64,000 nt of DNA from Candidatus Poribacteria bacterium (GCA_965205075.1 OZ242036.1:4928800-4992799), one strand, 5' to 3'. Shown: positions 9,597 to 19,071, counted from the first letter of the stretch. Notes: generated from the letters alone by a model not told the origin. Numbers and translations are program-made.

Positions 9597-11027
9597 ATGA
9601 CAATTAACTGGCAACTACTGATGCCCGAATTGATCATTATTCTAACTTTTATCCTCGTTGTGATTTTTGATCTGTTCAATTCGCTTCAAAAGACGTTTAC
9701 CGCTTGGATCACAATCGTCGGCTGCGCTATTGCTCTATATGTTTCCATTGATATGCTGCAAATTGGCACGGAAGGCACAGAATTTAGCAATATGATTCAG
9801 GTGGATAAATACTCCCTCTTTTTCAATGTCATATTCTTGGTTTCAACGATTCTGGTCGTTCTTATTTCAATGAACTATTTGGGCGGTCAAGATCGGCGAC
9901 AGGGGGAGTATTATCTGTTAATCCTTTTGGCAACGTTGGGTATGATGTTGATGGCTTCGGGCAATGAGTTAATTGTTGTCTTCCTCGGCTTAGAGCTGAT
10001 GTCGTTATCGCTTTACGTCTTAGCAGGTTATTTCCAAAGGAGTATGGCATCAAGCGAAGCCGGAATGAAGTATCTGCTACTTGGCGCATTTGCAAGTGGA
10101 TTTTTCTTGTACGGTATCGCGTTGATCTACGGAGGTGCGGGGACAACCAGCATTCCCGAAATTGCCTCCGCTTTAACCGTAGATGCAAGGTCCCCGCTAC
10201 TGCTATCTGGCATGTTTCTACTTGTTGTAGGATTCGGATTCAAAGTGGCACTTGTGCCGTTTCATCAGTGGGCACCCGATGTCTACGAAGGCGCACCCAC
10301 TTCGATCGCTGCATTTATCTCAGCCGGTCCGAAAGCAGCGGGGTTTGCTGCGTTCCTGAGAATCTTCATGGACGCGCTACAGAACCTCCAATCCGAATGG
10401 ATTATTCTTATTACAATCCTTGCCGCACTCACGATGACTGTCGGCAATTTAGTTGCCATCGCCCAGCGAAACATTAAGCGTATGCTCGCTTATTCAAGTA
10501 TTGCCCATGCTGGATATGTTTTGGTCGGATTAGCAGCAGCAAACAAAGACGGAATCTCCGGCGCGATGTTTTACCTGTTTGTCTACTGTGTCATGAACAT
10601 CGGGGCATTCGGAGCAGTGATTCTCGCAAGAACCGAAGACGGCGAAAGCCTTATGATTTCCGATTACGCAGGACTGGGATTCAAAAAACCGCTGCTCGCT
10701 CTGTTCATGACAATAATGTTGCTATCCCTCGCTGGGTTTCCACCGACAGCGGGATTCGTCGGTAAGTTCTACATTTTCCGATCGGCGGTCGAATCTGGAC
10801 AGATCTGGCTTGTGATTATCGGTGCGATTAACACTGCGATCTCTGCGTTCTACTATCTCCGTGTTGTTGTAGCGATGTACATGAGAGAGCCGGAAGCGGA
10901 ACTCGACTTTCTCGCCTATCCACGTCTACTCATCGTCGCGTTGACCCTCGCAGCGATCGGTGTCGTCCTAATTGGTATTCTGCCATCATACTTCCTGAGT
11001 CCAGCCCAAATTAGCACGTTCTTATAG
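9597..11027 (+). CDS. nuoN: NADH-quinone oxidoreductase subunit N
   Basis: RBS GGAGGA is present; antiporter-like subunit with the NuoN/ND2 sequence (FHQWAPDVYEGAPTSIAAFISAGPKAAGF). Confidence 0.9.
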   Translation: MTINWQLLMPELIIILTFILVVIFDLFNSLQKTFTAWITIVGCAIALYVSIDMLQIGTEGTEFSNMIQVDKYSLFFNVIFLVSTILVVLISMNYLGGQDRRQGEYYLLILLATLGMMLMASGNELIVVFLGLELMSLSLYVLAGYFQRSMASSEAGMKYLLLGAFASGFFLYGIALIYGGAGTTSIPEIASALTVDARSPLLLSGMFLLVVGFGFKVALVPFHQWAPDVYEGAPTSIAAFISAGPKAAGFAAFLRIFMDALQNLQSEWIILITILAALTMTVGNLVAIAQRNIKRMLAYSSIAHAGYVLVGLAAANKDGISGAMFYLFVYCVMNIGAFGAVILARTEDGESLMISDYAGLGFKKPLLALFMTIMLLSLAGFPPTAGFVGKFYIFRSAVESGQIWLVIIGAINTAISAFYYLRVVVAMYMREPEAELDFLAYPRLLIVALTLAAIGVVLIGILPSYFLSPAQISTFL

Positions 11028-11037
11028 GAACACAACA

Positions 11038-11316
11038 ATGGCTAAGCTGATACGGGGTAGCGATTGGAATAGTATGGATCTGGCTTCAATTGGCATCACC
11101 CTTGTGCTGGCAATTGGCATTGGATCTGGGTTGGGCTGGTGGATCGGTGGTAAATTAGGTAACCAAACGATCGGCTTAATTATTGGCTTTATCGTCGGAA
11201 CTGCGGCAGGATTTATTGAGATGTTTCGCGCCGTTTCTCGGTGGAATAAACGCATGGACAGCCAAGAGCAACAAGCAGATCAGGCAGCTGAGAAACATTC
11301 GGAGGAGGAGTCGTAA
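11038..11316 (+). CDS. atpZ: AtpZ/AtpI-family small membrane protein (ATP synthase operon leader gene)
   Basis: 92 aa with two TM helices, a glycine-zipper sequence (GIGSGLGWWIGGKLG) and an acidic C-tail, placed immediately before atpI/atpB as in many F-ATPase operons. Confidence 0.5.
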   Translation: MAKLIRGSDWNSMDLASIGITLVLAIGIGSGLGWWIGGKLGNQTIGLIIGFIVGTAAGFIEMFRAVSRWNKRMDSQEQQADQAAEKHSEEES

Positions 11317-11317
11317 A

Positions 11318-11719
11318 GTGGTTGACCGCGCCCCCTTTGAACTCGATGACCGATTTCTGCTGCAGGTCTATCGTCTGACGACCGTTCTTGCGCTCATCGC
11401 AATGCCAATCCTTTGGGCGGTGTACGGTCTGCCAGCCAGCTTGAGTTTTGCTATCGGCAGTCTTTTGAGTTTGAGCGCGATCTTGTCATTAGAGTTTATC
11501 ATCCGCCGCATGGTCAAGCCCGGCAGTTCGCCAAGGACAAAACGTTGGCTGGGATTCATCGCGTTAGGAAAGTATACAATCATCTTTGTCGGATTTTATC
11601 TCTTGACGAAAGCAAATTGGCTGAATGTCTACACCCTTGCAGCGGGAATTGGATTGGTGCAAGTTGTGATTATCCTCAAAGCAATCGTGATGATGATCGG
11701 TGTTCTATCAAAAAAATAA
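11318..11719 (+). CDS. atpI: ATP synthase protein I-like membrane protein
   Basis: GTG start is preceded by GGAGGAGGAG; about 133 aa with 4 TM. The 5' part of the long track ORF 11183..11719 overlaps atpZ in another frame and is probably not translated. Confidence 0.45.
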   Translation: MVDRAPFELDDRFLLQVYRLTTVLALIAMPILWAVYGLPASLSFAIGSLLSLSAILSLEFIIRRMVKPGSSPRTKRWLGFIALGKYTIIFVGFYLLTKANWLNVYTLAAGIGLVQVVIILKAIVMMIGVLSKK

Positions 11720-11734
11720 TTCAACAGGAACTAA

Positions 11735-12574
11735 ATGAGAAAAACATTTTACACACTATTTTCTATTTTACTGCTATCGCTGCTCGCCTGTAGTGTCGGT
11801 TTAGCCGCTGAAGAAGCCCATCGTTCGTGGCTAAGCCCAATATCAAAAATTCTTCCGGATGATATAGTGCCAGAACCACAGCGTTGGCATCAGCCGGATC
11901 TCATCCCCAACGCTTACTTTATAGTATTGGTTATTGCACTGCTTTTTATCATTTCGACACGCAAACTTAAGCGACTCCCCGAAGGAAAGGGGCAAACACT
12001 CCTTGAGTTGTTCGTGGGTGGGCTGATCAATTTTTTCGGCGGAATCTTGGGAGAGCACGGAAAGAAGTATGTCCCATTCGTCGGATCTTTCTTCATCTTT
12101 ATCTTATTCCTCAACTATCTTGGCCTTATACCCGGTTTTCAATCACCAACAGCAGATTTGAACACCACCCTCGCGCTCGGAATTAGCGCAGTAATCGGCG
12201 TTCATATCATTGCGATTAAGGAAAATGGATTGGTTGGCTACCTGAAACACTTTATCGGCGATCCACCGTGGCTGGGACCTTTGATGTTTCCGTTACACAT
12301 CATCGGTGAAATCGCACGCGCCGGTTCTCTGGCAATTCGACTTTTCGGAAATATCTTCGGTGAGGAATCCGTTATTATTAACCTAACCTTGTTGGGGCTT
12401 GCAATTCCGGCGATCGCCGGGCTGATCCCATGGATGCCAGTTCAGGTGCCAATGCTATTTTTCGGGCTATTTGGTGGGTTTCTGCAAGCACTCGTTTTCT
12501 CAATTCTCACATCAATCTACATTGTTACGTTCCTAGCACATGATGAGGAACATGGTGCGGAGGCACATCATTGA
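11735..12574 (+). CDS. atpB: F0F1 ATP synthase subunit a
   Basis: Conserved subunit-a region LAIRLFGNIFGEE with the essential Arg; 279 aa. Confidence 0.9.
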   Translation: MRKTFYTLFSILLLSLLACSVGLAAEEAHRSWLSPISKILPDDIVPEPQRWHQPDLIPNAYFIVLVIALLFIISTRKLKRLPEGKGQTLLELFVGGLINFFGGILGEHGKKYVPFVGSFFIFILFLNYLGLIPGFQSPTADLNTTLALGISAVIGVHIIAIKENGLVGYLKHFIGDPPWLGPLMFPLHIIGEIARAGSLAIRLFGNIFGEESVIINLTLLGLAIPAIAGLIPWMPVQVPMLFFGLFGGFLQALVFSILTSIYIVTFLAHDEEHGAEAHH

Positions 12575-12660
12575 TTGATGGGCGATTATTATCGCTCGTT
12601 TAACATTGTTTTTAGTTTTCTAATCCCAGTTTTGGGATCAAAATTAAAGGAGGAAGTTTC

Positions 12661-12960
12661 ATGATTTATCTCGCAGTTTTAGCTTTCGGGACGGCACTCG
12701 GTCTACCGATTGCCGTGATTTTTGCATCCACCGCACAAGCAAGAGCGACGAGCACCGCTCTCGAAGGGATTGCGCGGCAACCTGAAGCAGCACCAAGGAT
12801 TCAGACAGCAATGATCATCGGTTTGGCTCTTATCGAATCGCTCGTGATCTACTCGCTGCTAATCTTCTTCTTGCTTATGGGAAAACTCCCAGAGGGACAA
12901 ATGCTTCAAAGTATGATTGAGGCTGATGCTCAGAAACAGGTGCAGACCAGTCAGCAATAA
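12661..12960 (+). CDS. atpE: F0F1 ATP synthase subunit c
   Basis: Strong RBS AAAGGAGGAA. c-ring hairpin with the GLALIESLVIYSLLIF proton-binding Glu region. Unusual 22-aa hydrophilic C-terminal tail. Confidence 0.9.
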   Translation: MIYLAVLAFGTALGLPIAVIFASTAQARATSTALEGIARQPEAAPRIQTAMIIGLALIESLVIYSLLIFFLLMGKLPEGQMLQSMIEADAQKQVQTSQQ

Positions 12961-13020
12961 GACGTGAAGCGTGAAACGTGAAACGTGAATCTATTAACGT
13001 TTTACGTTTTACGTTACACA
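12961..13020 (+). promoter_or_regulatory. ACGT-heptad imperfect hairpin between atpE and atpF
   Basis: (ACGTGAA)x3 followed after a 7-nt spacer by (ACGTTTT)x2-ACGTTAC, roughly complementary to the first arm. Confidence 0.4.
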
Positions 13021-13071
13021 CGCATTACTTTTCTTAGGCTTATGCAACACCCTAACTTAAAGAAAAATATA

Positions 13072-13674
13072 ATGACAAAATTAACGTGGTTCTGTTTATT
13101 GCTTATTATCAACGTAATATTAATTGCTCCGACAAGTGGGTTCGCTGCAGAGGCAAGTGCCGAGAAACAGGGAATCTTAGCACAAATTGGAATTGATTTC
13201 CAAACTATTATCCTTCAAGCACTAGGCTTTCTTGTTGTGCTACTCGTGCTCTGGAAATTCGTCTTTGGGCGAATTGGTGGACTATTAGAAGAACGGCAAC
13301 AGGAAATAACTTCGAGAATGGAGAAACTGGAGGCGGATCAAAGCGAACTGGATCGATTGAATGCCGAAACCCGTCAACGGCTCAACGAGATTGAAACGGA
13401 AGGACAGGCAAAGATTCAAGCGGCTATTGATGAGGGCAACGCCGAACGGCAGCGGATTCTTGATCAAGCACGTCAGGAAGCCAGCGCAGAACTTGAACGG
13501 GCACGTGCCGAGATCCAACGCGAAAAGGACGAAGCTATCCTCGAACTACGAGGCACTGTCGCAGAGATTGCGATTGATGCTGCTAGCAAAATCATCAATC
13601 AGACGCTCGATGCAGAGAAACATCAGCACATCATTGATGAATCTATCAGCCGCCTTCCCACACAGAACGTCTAA
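13072..13674 (+). CDS. atpF: F0F1 ATP synthase subunit b
   Basis: N-terminal TM followed by a long charged coiled coil (EERQQEITSRMEKLEADQ...). ATG 13072 is chosen because upstream in-frame codons from 12985 overlap the intergenic hairpin. Confidence 0.75.
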   Translation: MTKLTWFCLLLIINVILIAPTSGFAAEASAEKQGILAQIGIDFQTIILQALGFLVVLLVLWKFVFGRIGGLLEERQQEITSRMEKLEADQSELDRLNAETRQRLNEIETEGQAKIQAAIDEGNAERQRILDQARQEASAELERARAEIQREKDEAILELRGTVAEIAIDAASKIINQTLDAEKHQHIIDESISRLPTQNV

Positions 13675-13689
13675 TACAAAGAATACACG

Positions 13690-14229
13690 ATGAGAGAAAC
13701 CCGCATTGCTAAACCCTATGCACAAGCATTGTATAGCGCAGCGACAGAGCAGGATATTTTAGATCAGATCATTACAGATGTGAATCAAATCCTTCAACTG
13801 ACACAGGACTCGGAAGATTTTGATCAGTTTCTGACTAACCCCATCCTATCGCCGCAGTTTAAGAGCGAGATGTTCCAACAACTTCTATCCGAAACTGTTC
13901 ATCCGCTCACGCTCAATTTTCTGCTCTTGCTAGCATTGAAACAACGTGAAAGATCCTTAGTTGCAATCTTACAGATGTTTCTGGAGATCGTTGATGTGCA
14001 AGCGGGTCGTGTTGTCGCACAGGTAACATCGGCGGTCCCGCTCACTGACGCACAAAAAGCCACCCTCTCTCAGCAACTGAGCGATTATTCGGGGGCGGAG
14101 GTGCGGCTTGAATTGAATGAAGATACCGCGATTCAAGGAGGCGTCATCGTGCGATTAGGGGATACTGTGTTTGATGGAAGTATCATATCACAGCTTCAAC
14201 GAATGAGAACACTACTCGCGAGGGGATAA
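13690..14229 (+). CDS. atpH: F0F1 ATP synthase subunit delta (OSCP)
   Basis: 179 aa; typical delta N-terminus (IAKPYAQALYSAA) and C-terminal GGVIVRLGDTVFDGS motif. Confidence 0.8.
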   Translation: MRETRIAKPYAQALYSAATEQDILDQIITDVNQILQLTQDSEDFDQFLTNPILSPQFKSEMFQQLLSETVHPLTLNFLLLLALKQRERSLVAILQMFLEIVDVQAGRVVAQVTSAVPLTDAQKATLSQQLSDYSGAEVRLELNEDTAIQGGVIVRLGDTVFDGSIISQLQRMRTLLARG

Positions 14230-14244
14230 GGGAGAACATAACTC

Positions 14245-15771
14245 ATGGCAAGAGAAGTCAGACCCGACGAAGTATCAAACATTCTAAAACAACAACTACT
14301 ACAATATAGCCAACAGGTCGATGTGTACGATTCAGGAACTGTGCTCGAGGTTGGCGACGGGATTGCCCGTGTGCATGGACTTGCCAACGTCATGGCAAGT
14401 GAAATGATTGAATTTCCCAACGGCGTTGCCGGTATGGCATTTAACCTTGAAGAGGATAACGTTGGCTGCGTCCTTTTCGGCGAGGATAAACTAATCCACG
14501 AGGGGGATCTCGCTAAGCGGACGAACAGATTGCTCGAAGTGCCGGTCGGCGAGGCGTTGCTAGGGCGCGTTGTAAACGCTCTCGGCCAACCTATTGATGG
14601 CAAAGGGGAAATCCAGACCGAACACACCCTCCCTGTTGAACGGAAGGGGTTGGGTATTGTGCAACGTCAGCCGGTAAGCGAACCGCTTTATACCGGCTTG
14701 AAGGCGATTGACAGTATGACGCCAATCGGACGGGGGCAACGGGAGCTAATCATCGGCGACCGTCAAACGGGCAAAACGGCTATTCCGATTGATACCATCA
14801 TTAACCAGAAAAATACCGATGTATTCTGTATCTATGTAGCAGTCGGTCAGAAAGGTTCGACGGTTGCACAGGTTGTGGATACCCTAGAACAGCATGGCGC
14901 AATGGATTACACGGTTGTCGTTTCTGCACCGGCAAGTGAACCCTCCCCGCTCCAATACCTCGCACCCTACACAGGGACCTCGATGGGAGAATACTTCCGC
15001 GATAGGGGACAACACGCGTTAGTTATTTACGATGATCTCACCAAACATGCGTGGGCGTATCGTCAGATGTCGCTGCTTTCACGGCGTCCACCGGGGCGCG
15101 AAGCGTATCCGGGTGATGTCTTTTATCTCCACTCCCGTCTGTTGGAGCGCGCTGCAAAACTCAGTGATGAACTAGGCGGTGGTTCGTTGACCTCTCTGCC
15201 GATTATCGAAATCTTTGAAGGCGACCTCACGACTTACATCCCAACAAATGTGATTTCAATTACCGATGGACAGATCTATCTAACATCGGAACTCTTCAAT
15301 CAAGGCGTTCGCCCGGCAATCGATGTCGGCACCTCGGTGTCCCGCGTTGGTGGTGACGCCCAAACGCGAGCGATGAAGTCGGATGAAGTCGCAGGGACGC
15401 TGAAACTTGACCTAGCTAGCTTCCGAGAGGTTGCCGCTTTCGCACAGTTTGGATCTGATCTGGACGCTTCTACACAATCTCAACTTAGGCGTGGAGAACG
15501 GCTCGTTGAATTGCTGAAACAACCCCAATACGAACCAATGCCCGTTGAAAAACAGGTTGCATCAATTTTCTGTGGCTCAAACGGCTACTTGGATGATATT
15601 GAAACAACTGACGTGGCACAGTTTGAATCTGAATTCTTGGCATATATGGAAAGAAACCACGCAGACATACTCAAGGCGATTGTTGATACCGGAGAACTCA
15701 GTGATGAACTGATTGAACAACTCAGCACCGCTGCACAGAGTTTTAAAGACGGATTCAAGCCTGAAGCATAA
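14245..15771 (+). CDS. atpA: F0F1 ATP synthase subunit alpha
   Basis: Walker [10 protein letters not shown] and highly conserved alpha-subunit sequence throughout. Confidence 0.95.
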   Translation: MAREVRPDEVSNILKQQLLQYSQQVDVYDSGTVLEVGDGIARVHGLANVMASEMIEFPNGVAGMAFNLEEDNVGCVLFGEDKLIHEGDLAKRTNRLLEVPVGEALLGRVVNALGQPIDGKGEIQTEHTLPVERKGLGIVQRQPVSEPLYTGLKAIDSMTPIGRGQRELIIGDRQTGKTAIPIDTIINQKNTDVFCIYVAVGQKGSTVAQVVDTLEQHGAMDYTVVVSAPASEPSPLQYLAPYTGTSMGEYFRDRGQHALVIYDDLTKHAWAYRQMSLLSRRPPGREAYPGDVFYLHSRLLERAAKLSDELGGGSLTSLPIIEIFEGDLTTYIPTNVISITDGQIYLTSELFNQGVRPAIDVGTSVSRVGGDAQTRAMKSDEVAGTLKLDLASFREVAAFAQFGSDLDASTQSQLRRGERLVELLKQPQYEPMPVEKQVASIFCGSNGYLDDIETTDVAQFESEFLAYMERNHADILKAIVDTGELSDELIEQLSTAAQSFKDGFKPEA

Positions 15772-15984
15772 TACGTGATGCGTAATACGTAATACCAAAA
15801 ACTATGAATTATACTGAAATCATCCGACTATTGCTCGTGATGGTCTCAAGTCAACGAAAGCCAGATTTGAAAGAAGAAGTCGAAGTATATACAGTAGATG
15901 CAGCAGATATAGAATCACATTCACCCGTGTAAAGAAGGCTCATGTACTCCTTACGTATTACGCATTACTCATTAGAGGTTCAGC

Positions 15985-16851
15985 ATGGCAACATTACGTG
16001 AAATTAGACGGCGTATCGCAAGTATTGAGAATATCGCGCAGGTAACAGATGCGATGCGCGTGGTTGCTGCGGCGAGGTTACGCCGGGCACAGGAAAGTAT
16101 CCTAGCCACCCGCCCCTTCGCCGATAAATTCAACACAATTTTAGGGCATCTGATCGCTCAAATCGAAAACCCCTCCCATCCATTGCTAGAATCGCGTGAA
16201 CTTAAGCGCGTTTGCCTAATCTCAGTCTCCGCAGACCGCGGGCTATGTGGTAGTTTTAATAGCAACGTGATCCGAACAACAACGCAGCGGGCAGAACATT
16301 ACCAAGAGCAGGGAGCAGAAGTGACAGTCATCTGTGTTGGCAGACGGACCCGCGACCATTTCGCACGGCGTGATTATAACGTTATCGCTGAGTATGTGAA
16401 TATCTTTCGGCAATTGGCATTTGAAACCGCTGTCGAAATTGTGGAGGAGTTTGAGCATCTGTATCGCGATAAGCAGGTTGATAGGGTGGAAGTGATTTAT
16501 AACGATTTCAAATCCGCGATTCTACAAGAAGTTTTGGTTGAGCAACTGCTGCCACTTACCCCTGAAGTGCCAACCGGCGATGAACTCTTTCTCGATTATC
16601 TTTATGAGCCAGAACAAGAGGTAATTTTTCAGTCTGTATTGGCAAAACACCTCAATATGCAGATGTGGAAAGTTTTGTTGGATTCCAACGCCGCGGAGCA
16701 AGCAGCGCGGATGGCGGCGATGGAAAATGCGACGCGCAACGCCAATGAGCTTATTGATGATTTAATTCTTCAGCGTAACCGCGCTCGCCAGACCCAGATT
16801 ACCACAGAGATTTCTGAGATTGTAAGTGGTGCAGCAGCCCTAGAGGGGTAA
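15985..16851 (+). CDS. atpG: F0F1 ATP synthase subunit gamma
   Basis: 288 aa; gamma signature N-terminus (MATLREIRRRIASIENIAQVTDAMRVVAAARLRRAQ) and C-terminus. Confidence 0.9.
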   Translation: MATLREIRRRIASIENIAQVTDAMRVVAAARLRRAQESILATRPFADKFNTILGHLIAQIENPSHPLLESRELKRVCLISVSADRGLCGSFNSNVIRTTTQRAEHYQEQGAEVTVICVGRRTRDHFARRDYNVIAEYVNIFRQLAFETAVEIVEEFEHLYRDKQVDRVEVIYNDFKSAILQEVLVEQLLPLTPEVPTGDELFLDYLYEPEQEVIFQSVLAKHLNMQMWKVLLDSNAAEQAARMAAMENATRNANELIDDLILQRNRARQTQITTEISEIVSGAAALEG

Positions 16852-16877
16852 AATCGGCAAAGTGGGTAGCGTCCTCA

Positions 16878-17297
16878 ATGTGGGAGGAAAATCGAGTCAT
16901 GAGCCTACAGAAACCCATCATCATCAATCAGGCAGAGCTCGCTTGGGAAAGTTGGGAGGACGCGGACCTTGCTGCCAAGAGTGCGATCCGCTGGAAACTT
17001 CTGGTTACCGGCGAAAGAGGACCGAGCAGCGGACTCGTTACGGGTGTAGCGGAGTTTCCACCTGACACCCAGCTCCCTCTTCACCACCATGAGCCAGAGG
17101 AAACATACTATGTCGTCAGCGGCAATGGTCACATGGTAATTAGTGATCGCGAATCAGAAATTGGGCCGGGGTCAGCGATCTACATCCCGTCCAACGCCAA
17201 ACATGCAGTCCGTTGTATTGGCGATGAACCACTAGTTTTTGTGTTCACCTTCGCATGTGACCGATTTGACCAAATAGTTTATCATTTCGATGAGTAG
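16878..17297 (+). CDS. cupin-domain protein
   Basis: Cupin motifs HHHEPEETYYVVSGNGHM and GPGSAIYIPSNAKHAV. Translation may start at ATG 16899, 11 nt after GGGAGGA. Confidence 0.6.
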   Translation: MWEENRVMSLQKPIIINQAELAWESWEDADLAAKSAIRWKLLVTGERGPSSGLVTGVAEFPPDTQLPLHHHEPEETYYVVSGNGHMVISDRESEIGPGSAIYIPSNAKHAVRCIGDEPLVFVFTFACDRFDQIVYHFDE

Positions 17298-17334
17298 AAA
17301 CCGTTCGCGGTAGATGTGATTATGAGGTGGAAAC

Positions 17335-17808
17335 ATGCCCTACAACGTTACCAAACAGATTCAAGAGGCGATGGAGCGAGGCGATTTCAAGGACCTGCCC
17401 GGCAAGGGCAAACCTCAACAACGCGATGATAATCCTTATGTCCCCCCAGCAGTTCGCACAGTTAATCAGATGCTCAAAGATAACGGCTTCGCACCTCGTT
17501 GGATTGAGGTGGATAAAGAAATTCGCGCCGAAACCGAGAACGCGGAAAAATTAATCGAGAACCTTAAAGGACGACGGAGCCGTTTGGAAGCACAACTCCG
17601 AGCGCAACCGTTAAAACGTGACGCGATTCGATCGCTCTTTGAACTGGAGCGCACACGGGCATTGGAAGCGTATACCGCTCAGTTACAACAACTCAATCAG
17701 AAAATTCAGCAGTGGAACCTCATGATGCCACTGCGCGATAAACAATATCCACTGCATAACCTTGATGCAGCGACTACGCATTTTCACAGTCAGTGCCCTG
17801 GACTTTAA
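17335..17808 (+). CDS. DUF1992 (DnaJ-C28-like) domain protein
   Basis: Signature GDFKDLPGKGKPQQ matches the DUF1992 family motif (F-x-NLPG-x-GKPL). Confidence 0.55.
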   Translation: MPYNVTKQIQEAMERGDFKDLPGKGKPQQRDDNPYVPPAVRTVNQMLKDNGFAPRWIEVDKEIRAETENAEKLIENLKGRRSRLEAQLRAQPLKRDAIRSLFELERTRALEAYTAQLQQLNQKIQQWNLMMPLRDKQYPLHNLDAATTHFHSQCPGL

Positions 17809-17864
17809 TTCTATTCCGATCAGGACCTACGCAAATTTAGCACGCGGCGCGAGATTTTTTTTAA

Positions 17865-17893
17865 CCCCCTAAATCCCCCTTATCAGGGGGACT
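17865..17893. repeat. dispersed 29-bp palindromic repeat, copy A
   Basis: CCCCCTAAATCCCCCTTATCAGGGGGACT is the exact reverse complement of the copy at 48913-48941. Confidence 0.8.
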
Positions 17894-18005
17894 TATGAGC
17901 CAGCTGCGTAAATCCTATATGATGAAATCGTTAAACCCAAAGAATATGTGAGCCAAAGGCTTACGCTTAACCGTTAATCTACTTTACATCAAAGGAAACT
18001 AACTG

Positions 18006-18833
18006 ATGCAATTCAAATTAGGACGTATGTTTCTAGTTGCTCTGATGGCGCTAGTTGTGCTAGTCGGTTGTGACGTTGGCAGAGATATAATGATGGACAT
18101 GATGCCATCTACGAATACCGGGATGACTGATGCAATGGACATGGTGTCATCTACAGATACTGAAGTACCTGATATGATGGATATGATCACCGAGATGGCT
18201 GATACGGAAGCGGTTCCGGCGAAGTTGGTGTGGCTAGTCAACTATCCGGTCGGGGGAAAAGCTGACTATCTTGCATGGATTGCGGCTGTTGCACCGACAC
18301 TACTCGCGCCCGAAGAACTCAATCGGGTAGCATCTTACGATAATGCCCGCGGTGAAAGTCCGCATCGACTCGTGGAGTTTGAGTTTGATAGCTATGTGGA
18401 TGCGGCAACATATCTGAGTCGTCCCGATGTCGCTGCGGTTTTTGAGGCACTTCCAGATCAAAGCAGTGAGGTAAGTACGCATGTATTTGCCCAACGGTCT
18501 GCCGATTATTCAAAAGACGAAAATCCCAGCAGGACAGTTAAACTAGTTTACTTAGTTGATTACCCGCTTGGCGGAAAAGACGCGTATCTACAGTGGATTG
18601 CCTCCGTTGCACCGTCGCTGCAAGCACCCGAAGAGGTCAAACGGATAGCATCTTACGACAACCTTCACGGGGCATCTCCACATAGGTTCGTCGAGTTTGA
18701 GTTCGAGAGCGTCGAAGAGGCCCATACGTACCTAGAACGGGAGGAGGTACGGGCTGTTAATACCGAACTCCCGAACCAATCAAGTCGCGTAAGTCAGCTT
18801 CTGTTTGAGCAGCGTCCGGATTACAATGAATAA
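18006..18833 (+). CDS. lipoprotein with Met/Asp-rich N-terminal region and two tandem ~110-aa repeat domains
   Basis: Signal peptide plus lipobox LVGC. Segment DIMMDMMPSTNTGMTDAMDMVSSTDTEVPDMMDMITEM. Internal duplication (KLVWLVNYPVGGKADYLAWIAAVAPTLLAPEE... and KLVYLVDYPLGGKDAYLQWIASVAPSLQAPEE...). Confidence 0.6.
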   Translation: MQFKLGRMFLVALMALVVLVGCDVGRDIMMDMMPSTNTGMTDAMDMVSSTDTEVPDMMDMITEMADTEAVPAKLVWLVNYPVGGKADYLAWIAAVAPTLLAPEELNRVASYDNARGESPHRLVEFEFDSYVDAATYLSRPDVAAVFEALPDQSSEVSTHVFAQRSADYSKDENPSRTVKLVYLVDYPLGGKDAYLQWIASVAPSLQAPEEVKRIASYDNLHGASPHRFVEFEFESVEEAHTYLEREEVRAVNTELPNQSSRVSQLLFEQRPDYNE

Positions 18834-19071
18834 TCGCTGAGATTGGCGCTGGCTCCTTGAGCGGACCCATGGGACTCAGGGAGCCGTGTCTCCATTCACA
18901 CTAAATGCAAAATTCGTATTCTCAAAAACGGCAGTTTTAAAGAGGCTCATGTAAAAAGAACGTAGGGGCAACCCTTGTGGGGGTTTCCCTTTTGGGCAGG
19001 CACAAGACCTGCCCCTACAGTTTCTGTTGCACGATTTCTTAACATGAGCGAATAAAGTAAGATAATACTTC

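Noticed and set aside
11183-11719. 178-aa track ORF overlapping most of atpZ in another frame
   Set aside because: The 5' 45 codons overlap atpZ out of frame and encode a basic, non-membrane segment. A GTG at 11318 preceded by GGAGGAGGAG gives a membrane protein of AtpI-like size, so only 11318..11719 is called.
12985-13071. Upstream extension of atpF from GTG 12985
   Set aside because: The extension lies across the ACGT-heptad hairpin and encodes a non-conserved basic peptide. ATG 13072 begins directly with the expected TM helix of subunit b.
16862-17065. 67-aa ORF overlapping the cupin gene start
   Set aside because: It is Gly/Arg-rich and out of frame with the cupin gene, overlapping its RBS region, so it is probably non-coding.
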